From positions 8,581-72,580 of the forward strand of contig CAIOAT010000016.1 in assembly GCA_903856085.1 (NCBI GenBank): 64,000 nucleotides of DNA, read 5' to 3'. Of the stretch, positions 36,664 to 46,726 are shown piece by piece. Below the pieces are notes generated by a model. That model saw only the letters and a program-made list of their open reading frames with translations, was not told where the DNA came from and searched no databases. This DNA is from Candidatus Omnitrophota bacterium (lineage in GTDB: Bacteria > Omnitrophota > Omnitrophia > Omnitrophales > Aquincolibacteriaceae). Numbering within the stretch: position 1 is the stretch's first letter; each line of letters begins with the position of its first letter. The translations under genes were made by a program, and so were the position numbers.

Positions 36664-37884
36664 TTACCCCTTCATTTCCAAAGCCTTATACTTATGCCAA
36701 ATAGCTTTTTCTTTGCGCTCGGAAAGAACGGTTTTCTCAAAACCCAAGTCAGGAAACCATTCCTTGCCGAAAGCTGAATAATACTCAAAGAGCCTCTGCT
36801 TCACCCACTCATCACTTCGATGTGTTATTCCCAGCTTAACTTCCAGATCACGATATAAAAAATAAGCTGCGAGCATATTGGCGTATTCATTCCAATGGCC
36901 TTCATGTTGGAATCTCAAACGGGACGGGGGAAAAAGGTGGGAACCGCTAAAGAGTTTGTAAAGATTAAGAGAGTCGATCCCCTCAGGGATTAAAGACTCG
37001 TCCTTCCCTTCGGTATGAAAAGGAAGAAGAACAACAGAAAATCGAGCGTTCTGAGCAGCCGCCCGCTTCGACCATGCCTGAAGTATCGTTTGATAGACTT
37101 TGATGGTCTGATCAACTTCAGGGGAAGGTTTTCCTGATAAATGATCGTTTTGAAAACGCTTGACCGCTGACGAATGGCGCTCTTTGTGAAAATGTTTTTT
37201 GGGCTGCAGATTAAGCCAAGAAACGAATTTTGTTTTGGCGTCTAAAAATAAGTAGGTTATGTAAAACCTAGAAACGACTCTGTTCCAAAAGGAAGAACCT
37301 TTCTTTTTTCGGGGAAAAATTAAGTGTCCCTCTCTATCCACGGAAATCAGCTTGTTTTCATAAATATTCATAAGATCATTGTCGCAATAAACATAAAACA
37401 CAAACTGCAGACCCCTGGCCACGGGCCGCTCAAGAAAGGACAAATAGGCATCATCCGTTCCATAACCATTCATCCCAAAATTAATTACTTCAAACTTGTC
37501 TTTGTTACTGTTAAGCAAATAATCGAGAACATTCACAAAGCCGTATTCGATGCTCAAGCCCGTATTTTCCACGAAAGAATCCCCGAAGAAACCGATGCGG
37601 AGCCGGCGAGCACTGGACGCCCGATCAACATCCCAACTCTGTCGCAAACCGAGATTATTATAAACCGCTAAATGCTGCTTCCCTGTATCCGGATGCTTTC
37701 GAAGAGAGCGGGTATTGGGAACCCGCTTAAGAAAATCCTCACGCGTTAATCTAGACTCAGCAGCTTCCTGGTATTTTGGAAGAAAGATTCTAAGACCTAT
37801 CTCTGCGATCATCAGCGAAATGAATACCGCGCCCAATACCAAAAGACCCTTTTGGATAAATTCTTTTGTATTTTGTTTCAGCAT
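36664..37884 (-). CDS. Membrane-anchored SGNH/GDSL-family hydrolase (AlgJ/DltD-like O-acyl transfer partner)
   Basis: N-terminal TM helix, 'IGFFGDSFVEN' block I GDS(L) motif, C-terminal Asp/His block. Confidence 0.6.
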   Translation of the reverse strand: MLKQNTKEFIQKGLLVLGAVFISLMIAEIGLRIFLPKYQEAAESRLTREDFLKRVPNTRSLRKHPDTGKQHLAVYNNLGLRQSWDVDRASSARRLRIGFFGDSFVENTGLSIEYGFVNVLDYLLNSNKDKFEVINFGMNGYGTDDAYLSFLERPVARGLQFVFYVYCDNDLMNIYENKLISVDREGHLIFPRKKKGSSFWNRVVSRFYITYLFLDAKTKFVSWLNLQPKKHFHKERHSSAVKRFQNDHLSGKPSPEVDQTIKVYQTILQAWSKRAAAQNARFSVVLLPFHTEGKDESLIPEGIDSLNLYKLFSGSHLFPPSRLRFQHEGHWNEYANMLAAYFLYRDLEVKLGITHRSDEWVKQRLFEYYSAFGKEWFPDLGFEKTVLSERKEKAIWHKYKALEMKG

Positions 37885-37992
37885 GATTTCAACACATCCT
37901 TAGGCGCTTGGAAAATCCTAGGTTCGCTAGAACAAACGAAAGAAAATGGACGCGATAACAACAACGGTCGGCCCCGACAACGGAAAGTGACA

Positions 37993-38181
37993 TTATTTAA
38001 TCAGCCCCGCATCATAAATCGCTTCTGCCAAAAGCGCTGAATGGATTTCCCTTCCCCGCCTATTGTTGTGCATCTTATCACTGTAGAGCAACCCGTCATT
38101 TAATTCTTCAAACTGATTCATGTCCAGAACCCTCACCCCTTTCAGCCGAACATAGTTTGTAAATTCATTATAGGTAGGCAT
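37993..38181 (-). pseudogene. C-terminal remnant (block V DxxH) of an SGNH hydrolase
   Basis: 62-aa ORF '…SDKMHNNRRGREIHSALLAEAI…' matches SGNH block V (DGxHP…G…A) but lacks the rest of the domain. Confidence 0.35.
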
Positions 38182-38630
38182 TCCTTTTCAGGCTCGATTT
38201 CGCCCCGATAGACATCCACCACACAACTTATCGCTTGAAAGGTATGAAAAGACATCCCGATAGGAAGAATAATGGATAGATGAAGGCTGTCGACACTGAC
38301 ATGCAACGGGCTGAGAAGCGCGTTTAAGCTGCCTAGGAAAAAACCAAAGTATTTGAAAAATCCAAGAATAACCAAGTTGACGCTTATGCTTAGAATAAGA
38401 AGTGCTTTTCTATATTTTGGATCCTTCGACCGAGTGATGGCCTTGGCCGAGAAAAAATCTATAGAGGTCGAAGAAAGGATGAGAAAAAGAAATCTCCAAT
38501 TCCAGCTACCATAAAAAAACAGGCTAGCCACCAGAAGGATGCGATTCTGTGTGTTTTTTGGAGAAATCCAATAGAGGGATGTTACGACGAACAAAAAAGC
38601 GATGTATTGCCAAGAGTTAAAAAGGATCAT
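38142..38630 (-). pseudogene. Truncated MBOAT (AlgI/DltB-like) O-acyltransferase – N-terminal 162 aa only
   Basis: 'FNSWQYIAFLFVVTSLYW…LLVASLFFYGSWNWRF…GMSFHTFQ' are MBOAT N-terminal signatures, but full-length MBOATs are ~450-500 aa; only ~85 codons of space remain before the next gene. Confidence 0.55.
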
Positions 38631-38640
38631 TTTTTGGATT

Positions 38641-41580
38641 TTATCTTACGCAAATGGATCGAAAAAGTTCCTTATATTTACCCCCGATAGCACTGATACC
38701 ATACTCGCCAAGGATTTTATCGCGATCGCAAAGACCGACCTGCTGGCGCACCTTGACATCTCTGAGCGCGAGGAGGGCCTCGACCCATTCATCAACGGTC
38801 CTGGCCAAATAGGCATTCCTCCGGTGATCGATCAGTTTTTCATACGAAGGGATAGGAGAACATACCATCGGAATCCCAAGCGACTTGAACAGGGTGAACC
38901 GATTGGTCGATTTCCCGAGATGCTGTGAAGAGTCCATATTAAACGGAACGACCGCTATATCGCTGGCAAGAATTTCTTTCCACACAGCCTTCAGGTCCCA
39001 TTTGACGGCCTTATCGTTTTTTGTGATCGCGGTCAGACGATAATTTTTCAACGCGGGAGTCCGCAGGGCTTTCTCAACAAGCGTAAGGTTCGTTAAACTA
39101 TCGGGGTTCCCAACACAAATAATGCGAATATCCGTCTTTTCGACGTTCACGTCATAATGCTTACACAGACTGGGAGGTGTTTCGATGGCATCATCAATCA
39201 CGCTAACACGTAAAGGATCTATGCCGCAGATAATCAGCTCTTCCGCCAAACGTTCAGAAACGACCACCAGGTGATCATAGGTTTCCGACATCCTTAATTC
39301 ATCCTTACTCCTCGGGAGATCGGCCAATAACAAGACCGTCTTGATGCCCTTTGCCCTGCACTTTTTAGAAAGACTGGGAGCGCCCCCCCAATAGACTTTC
39401 TGAAAAATTAGAATATCCAACCCGGAATGAAGGATAATCCAACGGAAGAACCTTGAGAGCAACAACCGGGGGGAATAGACCAAAGGCTTATAAAGAATGA
39501 CCGAATGCCACCCTTCGCCTTTCAAATAGGAATGGATGTTGATGCCCTGAATGCGACTGCTGGCATTGTTCTCATCGCCAAAAAGTACCCACCCAACGGA
39601 CGGTCGTTTAGCGGAAAAAAATCGCTTTAAAAAAAAAGCTCCTAGATTCCCTATTTTAAAAGTTCCTGATGGAAATCGAAATTTCTTTTTGGCCTCTTTT
39701 TTCATCAGGGTATTTCCAAGGGTTTTGGAACGAAAATAAGAGGGGCGATTCACGTCCCGATGGTTAACCCACTTGAAGTAAGGGTTGATCCTATAGTTTC
39801 CGGGAATCACTGCACATTTCACACGGTTCCTATAAAGAACGGGGGTTAAACTGACCTGGTCCCGCCAGCTATTTTCTTGAAACTCTCGCCACCAATCCTC
39901 CATGGCCTTGATAACAACGCTTTCGTGATGCTTCCGCAAAAGAATAGCGCCGGCAAACAAACCATTTCCGGCAGGATACCGCTCCGCTTGATACTTTTCG
40001 ATCTGTTTCTGAATGATCGCGACATCATCGAGCTCACTTTGAATGCATTTATCCGCTTCTTGGTAAATGCAATTCCTTTCCGGATGCTGAAAGCAAGCCA
40101 TGTCATCATTCGCCAGGTTTTCAGTTAAAAACCTGGATATGCTTCCAATGGGATGATAGGTGGCATCTACCCAAATGCTTTGCTCGTGGTGCGGGAAGAG
40201 CTTATGCGGGTTCATTTTGTAATAACGGGAGGTCAGAATCGGATTATCGTCGATCAGGCCGACTTTTCTGATCTGCCACGCCGGAGAAAAAGGAATGTCC
40301 TTATTTGTAAAACACACATAATCCACATCCGCCTCAAGCGCCAGCGCGGAGGGAGCTTTGAGTGTATCGGTCCCCCCGAAGATTGCCGTATAAACCACGA
40401 TCTTCCTTTGCCGCTTCGAGTTTCTCTGCCACGCATACCACAAGGAGGCCAGGAGATCACTGAGAGGATTCAGGCTAGCCTTCCTCGGGAGACGGCGCCA
40501 TAAACGCCCCTCCTTCCATCCGCTATTCCTCCAGTGCCTTATTGCGGCCTTCTCATCCTTGACCCCTTTTTCCAAAAGATCCGGATACTTGGCGAGATAG
40601 TATTCCCAATCAAAATCAGCTGGCGTTTTCTGTATCACCCAGCCCACTTTGTAGCTCCGACATTCTTTTTTCCCATAAATGACCCAATGACGCTTGGCCG
40701 CCGCTTCGGTCACGATGCCGGCACGCGAAAGATCCGGATGCTTGGCAAGATAATATTTCCAATCAAAATCCAAAGGGACATCCGAAAAAGACACCTGCCC
40801 CACCGACCTGCTCGGCACATTCCTCCGACAGGACTTCACGGCATCCTTCACTCGTGGAACATACTTCAGCATTTCCGTATCTTCTACCGCATTCGAGGGA
40901 AGATTCCTCATGGACCAAACCTCTTTCAGTTTTTTCAACCGGATGTCCGCCATTTTCCCCATCGAATCGCCCCGGTCTACACGCCCCATAAAAGTTTGAT
41001 AAGAGCGGGCAAAATAATGATTCACATGAGCTTTTTCAGAACTCACCCACTGCGTCTCTCCGGAAACACGGAATTGATGAGGAGACGGGATATCGATAAC
41101 TTTGGCAGGCCTGACAATCGCCTTCGTTTGGTTGAACCATTTTTCCGTGACCGCATCGTGATCAGCTCGCCTCGTAAGCTTTTCTAATATGAACTCGGGA
41201 TCTTGGATATGCCCATTATTCCCAAAAACGCGCCAATTCAGCATAATTTGCGAGTACGGCTCATAGTTTTTCAAGAAAGCCTTAACATCGTCATGCTCTT
41301 TTAAAACGATAAATTCATCGCCATCCACGAAGGCCATCCATTCGCACTGTCTGAATTCCTGGCAAAGGTGACGATACGCCTTAATTTGCAACGGCTGTCC
41401 CTTGCTATCAGGCCAATTGATGACGGTCACGTAATCCAAATGGCCGAAGATCTTGCGCAAAGGTAAAGCCGGATCGTTGTCGCACAAAAAGAAATGATCG
41501 AACCCGATCATCCTGTGATAAGCCAACCACTCCCTGACAAAGCGATCCTCTTCCTTCAACATCGCCGCTAAAGCAATCAT
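38641..41580 (-). CDS. Multidomain glycosyltransferase (N-terminal GT-A-like/GT92-like, duplicated 'DW.YYLAK.PDL' motif repeats, TOD1/MUCI70 (DUF616)-like domain 'VVYTAIFGGTD', C-terminal GT4-like domain)
   Basis: 979 aa; motif-level recognition of each module; start ATG overlaps sulfotransferase stop (ATGA). Confidence 0.65.
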   Translation of the reverse strand: MIALAAMLKEEDRFVREWLAYHRMIGFDHFFLCDNDPALPLRKIFGHLDYVTVINWPDSKGQPLQIKAYRHLCQEFRQCEWMAFVDGDEFIVLKEHDDVKAFLKNYEPYSQIMLNWRVFGNNGHIQDPEFILEKLTRRADHDAVTEKWFNQTKAIVRPAKVIDIPSPHQFRVSGETQWVSSEKAHVNHYFARSYQTFMGRVDRGDSMGKMADIRLKKLKEVWSMRNLPSNAVEDTEMLKYVPRVKDAVKSCRRNVPSRSVGQVSFSDVPLDFDWKYYLAKHPDLSRAGIVTEAAAKRHWVIYGKKECRSYKVGWVIQKTPADFDWEYYLAKYPDLLEKGVKDEKAAIRHWRNSGWKEGRLWRRLPRKASLNPLSDLLASLWYAWQRNSKRQRKIVVYTAIFGGTDTLKAPSALALEADVDYVCFTNKDIPFSPAWQIRKVGLIDDNPILTSRYYKMNPHKLFPHHEQSIWVDATYHPIGSISRFLTENLANDDMACFQHPERNCIYQEADKCIQSELDDVAIIQKQIEKYQAERYPAGNGLFAGAILLRKHHESVVIKAMEDWWREFQENSWRDQVSLTPVLYRNRVKCAVIPGNYRINPYFKWVNHRDVNRPSYFRSKTLGNTLMKKEAKKKFRFPSGTFKIGNLGAFFLKRFFSAKRPSVGWVLFGDENNASSRIQGINIHSYLKGEGWHSVILYKPLVYSPRLLLSRFFRWIILHSGLDILIFQKVYWGGAPSLSKKCRAKGIKTVLLLADLPRSKDELRMSETYDHLVVVSERLAEELIICGIDPLRVSVIDDAIETPPSLCKHYDVNVEKTDIRIICVGNPDSLTNLTLVEKALRTPALKNYRLTAITKNDKAVKWDLKAVWKEILASDIAVVPFNMDSSQHLGKSTNRFTLFKSLGIPMVCSPIPSYEKLIDHRRNAYLARTVDEWVEALLALRDVKVRQQVGLCDRDKILGEYGISAIGGKYKELFRSICVR

Positions 41581-42218
41581 GAGCCATATTCCTTCGTGGT
41601 TTTCCGAAGGATCGTATCCGGTTTTATATATTTTGTATAAAGCGGTATGCCCGACTTTGGGAGTCCTAAAAAAGATAGAATGCGAACCTGGATATCCTGA
41701 TCCAGGATGGAGATGCTTCTCCCCGGATGCACAAAATCCTCATAATGCAACTCCAGATGAGGGACCCCTTTCAACACTTCTTTGTATTTCACCTGCTCTT
41801 GTTCGATAGAGCGCGCCAGATCCTCTAGGCCCGACAGATCGGGAATTCCTCCTTGAGGCAAAGTTTCGCCTTCATAATAATGAGCCCGATACTGTTTTCT
41901 AAGAACCTTTTTGTCCGCTTGTACCTGCAATCGACTTTGGGCAACGGCCTTCGGGTCTCTCAATAAATGGATGATCTTCTGTTGCAAGAGAGTCCCCCCC
42001 AAGCTTTCCATGGTAAGAACTTGGTTGTACATCAGTATCCCCATATTTAATTTTCCGGGGATGTTCTCCGTGATTGTTCCCGTTCTTTCATACCGGAGGA
42101 ACGCCTCTCCTCGGACATGGATCTGGGGGTGCTGCTCGAAAAAGGATGCCAACAAATGCGTCCCGCTTCTTTGCGTGCTAAAGATCAAAACCTGCGGAAT
42201 AATATCCTTCATTTCCAT
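41577..42218 (-). CDS. Sulfotransferase-family protein
   Basis: PAPS 5'-phosphosulfate-binding loop-like 'STQRSGTHLL' near N-terminus, ~210 aa size typical of Stf0-like sulfotransferases. Confidence 0.55.
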   Translation of the reverse strand: MEMKDIIPQVLIFSTQRSGTHLLASFFEQHPQIHVRGEAFLRYERTGTITENIPGKLNMGILMYNQVLTMESLGGTLLQQKIIHLLRDPKAVAQSRLQVQADKKVLRKQYRAHYYEGETLPQGGIPDLSGLEDLARSIEQEQVKYKEVLKGVPHLELHYEDFVHPGRSISILDQDIQVRILSFLGLPKSGIPLYTKYIKPDTILRKTTKEYGS

Positions 42219-42317
42219 AACCCCTCACTCTCACTCCCTAAAAAACATTAACTCTCTTAGAACATTAAAAAATTTCCGCGATACGTTTTGAGATACGGGT
42301 TCTCTTAATATCCTTGC

Positions 42318-43067
42318 CTAGATTATGAACTGCTGCTCCGTATTTAAGAATGAATCGAAACAGCGCGGGATCGCCGAAGTAAATTTTACAAGCTCTTCCG
42401 TCCAAGGATGACGAAATTGTAATCGGGATGCATGCAAAAGAAGACGTTCGGCCTTCACGATGGGCCGCATCTCCTCCAGCCATCCCTCGTGGATGTAACG
42501 TTCGAAGATCCGCGGATCAATGTAGATCTTGTCGCCCACGATGGGATGTCCCAAAAAGGAGAGGTGTGCGCGAATCTGATGCGTGCGGCCTGTCCGCGGC
42601 ATCACCTTTAAAAGCGAATACTCTCCTGCGTTGCTTAAAACCTGATAATCCGTTTGGGCCTTCTCTCCGTGGGGATCTGATGTGCGGATATTGTGACCAC
42701 TTTGAATGTCGAGCCCAAGCGATTCCGAGATCGTCCCCTCTTGAGCCTTAGGCGCTCCAAAGACAATAGCGTGATATTCTTTCGTCACCTGTCTGTTTTC
42801 AAAAAGGATCCCGAGCTTCCCGGCCGCCAGGGCCGATTTCGCAACCAGCACGATCCCGCTTGTCTCCGAATCAAGCCGGTTCACGATCCGGAGTCCCTCG
42901 GAACCCGAACCTACGTCCCGGATCAAAAGACTCAGCAGGTTTTTTTCCTTGAAGCGCCCCACGGGATGGACCGGAAGCGGGGCCGGCTTATCCACCACGA
43001 GAAAAAACTCATCCTCGTAAAGGATCTTGTAGTCTGTCTCCACATAAAGATCTTCTTCGGCGCGCAT
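42318..43067 (-). CDS. RluA-family pseudouridine synthase
   Basis: 'VNRLDSETSGIVLVAK' catalytic Asp motif, 'GRTHQIRAHL' motif; ATG 43067 chosen. Confidence 0.85.
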   Translation of the reverse strand: MRAEEDLYVETDYKILYEDEFFLVVDKPAPLPVHPVGRFKEKNLLSLLIRDVGSGSEGLRIVNRLDSETSGIVLVAKSALAAGKLGILFENRQVTKEYHAIVFGAPKAQEGTISESLGLDIQSGHNIRTSDPHGEKAQTDYQVLSNAGEYSLLKVMPRTGRTHQIRAHLSFLGHPIVGDKIYIDPRIFERYIHEGWLEEMRPIVKAERLLLHASRLQFRHPWTEELVKFTSAIPRCFDSFLNTEQQFII

Positions 43068-43138
43068 GGAACAACCTTCCACTTTTTATAAAAAAAGTTT
43101 GCTTGATTGCCGCCCACTGGCTTTTTGCAGGATTCTCA

Positions 43139-45829
43139 TTATTTCAATAACTGTCGCAGGACGTAGTGCAGGATACCGCTATGGCGGTAGTATTCGATTT
43201 CGACGGGAGTGTCAATGCGGCAAACCGCTTCAAAGACCTTGGTTTTCCCCGCGCCCAAGGCCTTGACTGTGAGGATCTTGCCAGGCTTCAACCCCTTGGC
43301 GACCCCTTCGATCGCGTAGACCTCTTCACCGGTCAGTTTGAACGAAGCGGCGTTCTGACCTTGGAAGAATTGCAGCGGCAAAATACCCATCCCGATCAAA
43401 TTGCTGCGATGGATCCTTTCATAGCTTTCCGCGATCACGGCACGGACCCCTAGAAGCGCGGGACCTTTGGCTGCCCAGTCGCGCGAAGACCCGGAACCGT
43501 ATTCTTTCCCAGCAAGGATCACAAGCGGCCGGTTCTCTTCGCCATACTTCATAGCGGCGTCAAAGATCGGCATCGCCACGCTCTTTCCCTTTTCTGAAAA
43601 ATACTTCGTCATCCCACCTTCCACGCCCGGAACCAGCAAGTTTTTCAGGCGAATGTTCGCGAACGTGCCGCGCATCATCACTTCGTGATTACCGCGCCGC
43701 GCTCCGTAAGAATTAAAATCCTTGGGTTCGATCCCCTGTTCAATCAGATATTTCCCGGCAGGACTCGCCGGCGCGATGGAGCCCGCAGGAGAAATATGGT
43801 CGGTCGTGATCGAATCCCCGAGCACGGCCAACACGCGGGCGTTCTTGATATCCTTAAGGTCGGAGGGGAAAGCCGGCATTCTCTTGAAATAGGGCGGAGA
43901 TTTTACATAAAGAGACTTTTTATCCCAAACGAAGGTGTCGCCCCCTGGAGCGTTCAACGCGCGCCATGACTCGTTCCCCTCAAAAACATTTTTATAGCGA
44001 TTTCTGAACATCGACGGGTCCACACTCTTCAAAGCTTCCCGGATCTCCGCGGAGCTTGGCCAGATATCCCGCAGATAAACGGGTTTACCGTTTTTTCCGA
44101 GTCCAAGAGGATCCTTTTCAAGGTCGATCATGACGGTTCCCGCGATCGCGTAGGCAACGACCAGCGGCGGAGACGCGAGATAATTCGCGCGAACCTGCGA
44201 ATGTACCCGCCCTTCGAAATTCCGGTTCCCGGAAAGAACAGACGCCACGACCAGGTCTTTTTCCTTGATCGCTTTGGACACGGGTTCCGGCAATGGCCCC
44301 GAGTTCCCAATACATGTCATGCATCCATACCCCACAAGATTGAATTTCAACACTTCAAGGCAGGACAGAAGTCCGCTTGCCGCAAGATAATCCGTCACGA
44401 CCTGAGAGCCGGGCGCAAGACTCGTTTTTACCCAGGGCTTCACGGTCAGACCTTTTTGAAGCGCTTTTTTTGCGAGGATCCCGGCCGCCAGCATCACGGA
44501 AGGGCTGGAGGTGTTAGTGCAACTTGTGATAGACGCGATCACGACTGCCCCTTGCTGTAAGTCGCATTTTTCGCCCGCGATCTCGATTACGGCTTTTTTC
44601 GCAAGATCGGCCTTGTTTTTCACCGTCTCCGCGAGGGCCTTCTTGAAGGAAAGCTTTACTTCCTTGAGCGCGACTCGGTCTTGAGGCCGCTTCGGGCCGG
44701 CAAGGCTCGGAACTACGCTGGCAAGATCGAGCTCCAGAGTTTCGGAATAAACGATTTTTTCCTCCCCGCCTTCGCGGAAAAGGCCCTGCTCTTTCAGATA
44801 AGTTTCTGCGAGCTTGATCTGCTCCTCACTCCTTCCGGTCAGCCTGAGAAAATATAGCGTTTCCTGGTCGACCGGGAAAAATCCGGCCGTAGCGCCGTAC
44901 TCGGGAGCCATATTCGCGACCACCGCTCGGTCCGCGAGCGATAATTCGCTGACACCGTGTCCAAAAAATTCCACGAATTTTCCGACCACACCCTTTTTAC
45001 GAAGCATTTGTGTTGCAGTCAGCACCAAGTCTGTGGCCGTCACACCTTCGGATAATTTTCCGGAGAACTTAAAACCCACCACCTCAGGGATCAACATGGA
45101 GATCGGCTGACCAAGCATCGCGGCCTCCGCCTCAATCCCTCCAACCCCCCAGCCCAGCACCCCGAGACCGTTGATCATGGTGGTGTGTGAGTCCGTTCCG
45201 ACCAGCGTATCCGGATAAAGGAAGGTCTTCCCACCTTCTTTTCTGCTGAAGATCACGGGGGAAAGGTATTCAAGGTTCACTTGGTGGATGATCCCCGTAG
45301 CGGGAGGGACGACGCGGAAATTATGGAAAGCCTGCTGGCCCCATTTGAGGAATTGATAGCGTTCCTGATTGCGCTCGAATTCTTTCGCGATATTTTTCGC
45401 GAAGGCCTCGGAGGTCCCCGAAAAATCCGTTTGCACCGAGTGGTCGATGACGAGATCCACGGGCTGAAGCGGATTGATCTTCTTGGGATCGCCGCCCATC
45501 TTGACCATGGCTTCACGCATGGCCGCAAGATCCACAACCGCCGGAACGCCTGTAAAATCTTGCAACAAAACACGCGCCGGCGTGAAAGCGATCTCGTGCT
45601 CGCCTTTCCGCGTCGGGTCCCAGGTCGCAAGCCTCTCGATGTCTTTCCGCGTGACGTTCTTGCCGTCTTCATTGCGAAGCAGGTTCTCAAGAAGCACCCG
45701 TATGGAATAGGGAAGCTTCAGGACCTTGGCAATGCCGCATTCCTGAAGCGCGCGCAGCCGGTAGATCGTGTAGTCCTTGCCCGCAATCTTGAGCGTGACC
45801 TTACTTCCAAAGCTGTTCAAAAGACTCAT
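43139..45829 (-). CDS. acnA: Aconitate hydratase A
   Basis: 896 aa, AcnA/IRP collinearity, Fe-S ligand Cys motifs ('SCTNTS', '[10 protein letters not shown]'), SER/ARG substrate motifs. Confidence 0.9.
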   Translation of the reverse strand: MSLLNSFGSKVTLKIAGKDYTIYRLRALQECGIAKVLKLPYSIRVLLENLLRNEDGKNVTRKDIERLATWDPTRKGEHEIAFTPARVLLQDFTGVPAVVDLAAMREAMVKMGGDPKKINPLQPVDLVIDHSVQTDFSGTSEAFAKNIAKEFERNQERYQFLKWGQQAFHNFRVVPPATGIIHQVNLEYLSPVIFSRKEGGKTFLYPDTLVGTDSHTTMINGLGVLGWGVGGIEAEAAMLGQPISMLIPEVVGFKFSGKLSEGVTATDLVLTATQMLRKKGVVGKFVEFFGHGVSELSLADRAVVANMAPEYGATAGFFPVDQETLYFLRLTGRSEEQIKLAETYLKEQGLFREGGEEKIVYSETLELDLASVVPSLAGPKRPQDRVALKEVKLSFKKALAETVKNKADLAKKAVIEIAGEKCDLQQGAVVIASITSCTNTSSPSVMLAAGILAKKALQKGLTVKPWVKTSLAPGSQVVTDYLAASGLLSCLEVLKFNLVGYGCMTCIGNSGPLPEPVSKAIKEKDLVVASVLSGNRNFEGRVHSQVRANYLASPPLVVAYAIAGTVMIDLEKDPLGLGKNGKPVYLRDIWPSSAEIREALKSVDPSMFRNRYKNVFEGNESWRALNAPGGDTFVWDKKSLYVKSPPYFKRMPAFPSDLKDIKNARVLAVLGDSITTDHISPAGSIAPASPAGKYLIEQGIEPKDFNSYGARRGNHEVMMRGTFANIRLKNLLVPGVEGGMTKYFSEKGKSVAMPIFDAAMKYGEENRPLVILAGKEYGSGSSRDWAAKGPALLGVRAVIAESYERIHRSNLIGMGILPLQFFQGQNAASFKLTGEEVYAIEGVAKGLKPGKILTVKALGAGKTKVFEAVCRIDTPVEIEYYRHSGILHYVLRQLLK

Positions 45830-46236
45830 CAGCGAATCCCTTTTTCATTCAGAAACGCGCTATATTCCTTGTCGACAGTTAAGATGTGATGACTGAGCCA
45901 GCTCATCAAGAAATGCACTATATCGATAGAAAGCGTTGTCTTGTCTTTTTCAAGATCTCGTTGAAAAATCGCGACCTTGGACCTGAAGACTTCGTGTTCT
46001 TTTTTGTGCTGTTCGTAGCCGGGGAAATAATACTCACTCAGAAGCAGTTCTTCCGCGTCAAAGTGCCCCGTGGCATAGCGAGCAAGCTCCCACACATCCA
46101 CACCGAGGGCCTCTCGATCGTCTTTTTTTCCCATTCTGTCAAAAATATTCCCAAAAATCTCGAAAAGCCTTTTATGCTGTTCGTCGATCATCTTGATATT
46201 CACGCTGTATTTTTCTTCCCAGATGATATGCGGCAC
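45829..46236 (-). CDS. Hemerythrin-like (bacteriohemerythrin) protein 1
   Basis: '[22 protein letters not shown]…HFDAEELLL…EHKKEHEVF…HILTVDKEY' His/Glu diiron ligand pattern; likely GTG start at ~46236 after GGGGGG; stop overlaps acnA ATG (TGATG). Confidence 0.6.
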   Translation of the reverse strand: MPHIIWEEKYSVNIKMIDEQHKRLFEIFGNIFDRMGKKDDREALGVDVWELARYATGHFDAEELLLSEYYFPGYEQHKKEHEVFRSKVAIFQRDLEKDKTTLSIDIVHFLMSWLSHHILTVDKEYSAFLNEKGIR

Positions 46237-46253
46237 GACACCCCCCCGTCTTA

Positions 46254-46661
46254 TTAGAAAACCCCGCGTGCGTTCAGGAAAGGGGCGTATTTTTTGTCCG
46301 CTTTCATCACATGCTCTGCGATCCAATGTGTCATGAACTGGACGACGTCACCGGTAAGCGTCTCCCTGCCTTCCTGAAAATTCTTCTGAAACCCCAGGAT
46401 CTTGTTACGAAAGACCTCGTGCTCCTTATGATGTTCTCCGAACTCTGGATAGTGATGCTTGATCATCAGCTGCTCTTCGGCATCGAAGTGATAGCCTGCA
46501 TACGCGACTAATTCCCGCAAGATCTCGGAAAGCGCGCTTTGCGGACGCCCCGCTTCGATGGCTTCAAAGAGCATGTCGAGCATAGCCGTGAACTTTTGAT
46601 GTTGCTGGTCAATCTCAGCAATATGAACGCTGTAGGTCTCGTCCCAAATAATGTCTAACAC
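46254..46661 (-). CDS. Hemerythrin-like (bacteriohemerythrin) protein 2
   Basis: 'MLDIIWDETYSVHIAEIDQQHQKF…HFDAEEQLM…EHHKEHEVF…HVMKADKKY'; 135 aa. Confidence 0.7.
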   Translation of the reverse strand: MLDIIWDETYSVHIAEIDQQHQKFTAMLDMLFEAIEAGRPQSALSEILRELVAYAGYHFDAEEQLMIKHHYPEFGEHHKEHEVFRNKILGFQKNFQEGRETLTGDVVQFMTHWIAEHVMKADKKYAPFLNARGVF

Positions 46662-46726
46662 AAAACCTCCGCGGAAAACGTTTCTCGGGGAACGAAAAAC
46701 AGAAAAGGTTTTTCGCTCATTTACCG

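Noticed and set aside
40534-41187. 217-aa plus-strand ORF inside the large glycosyltransferase gene
   Set aside because: It is antisense to a gene with multiple glycosyltransferase motifs and translational coupling to the sulfotransferase.
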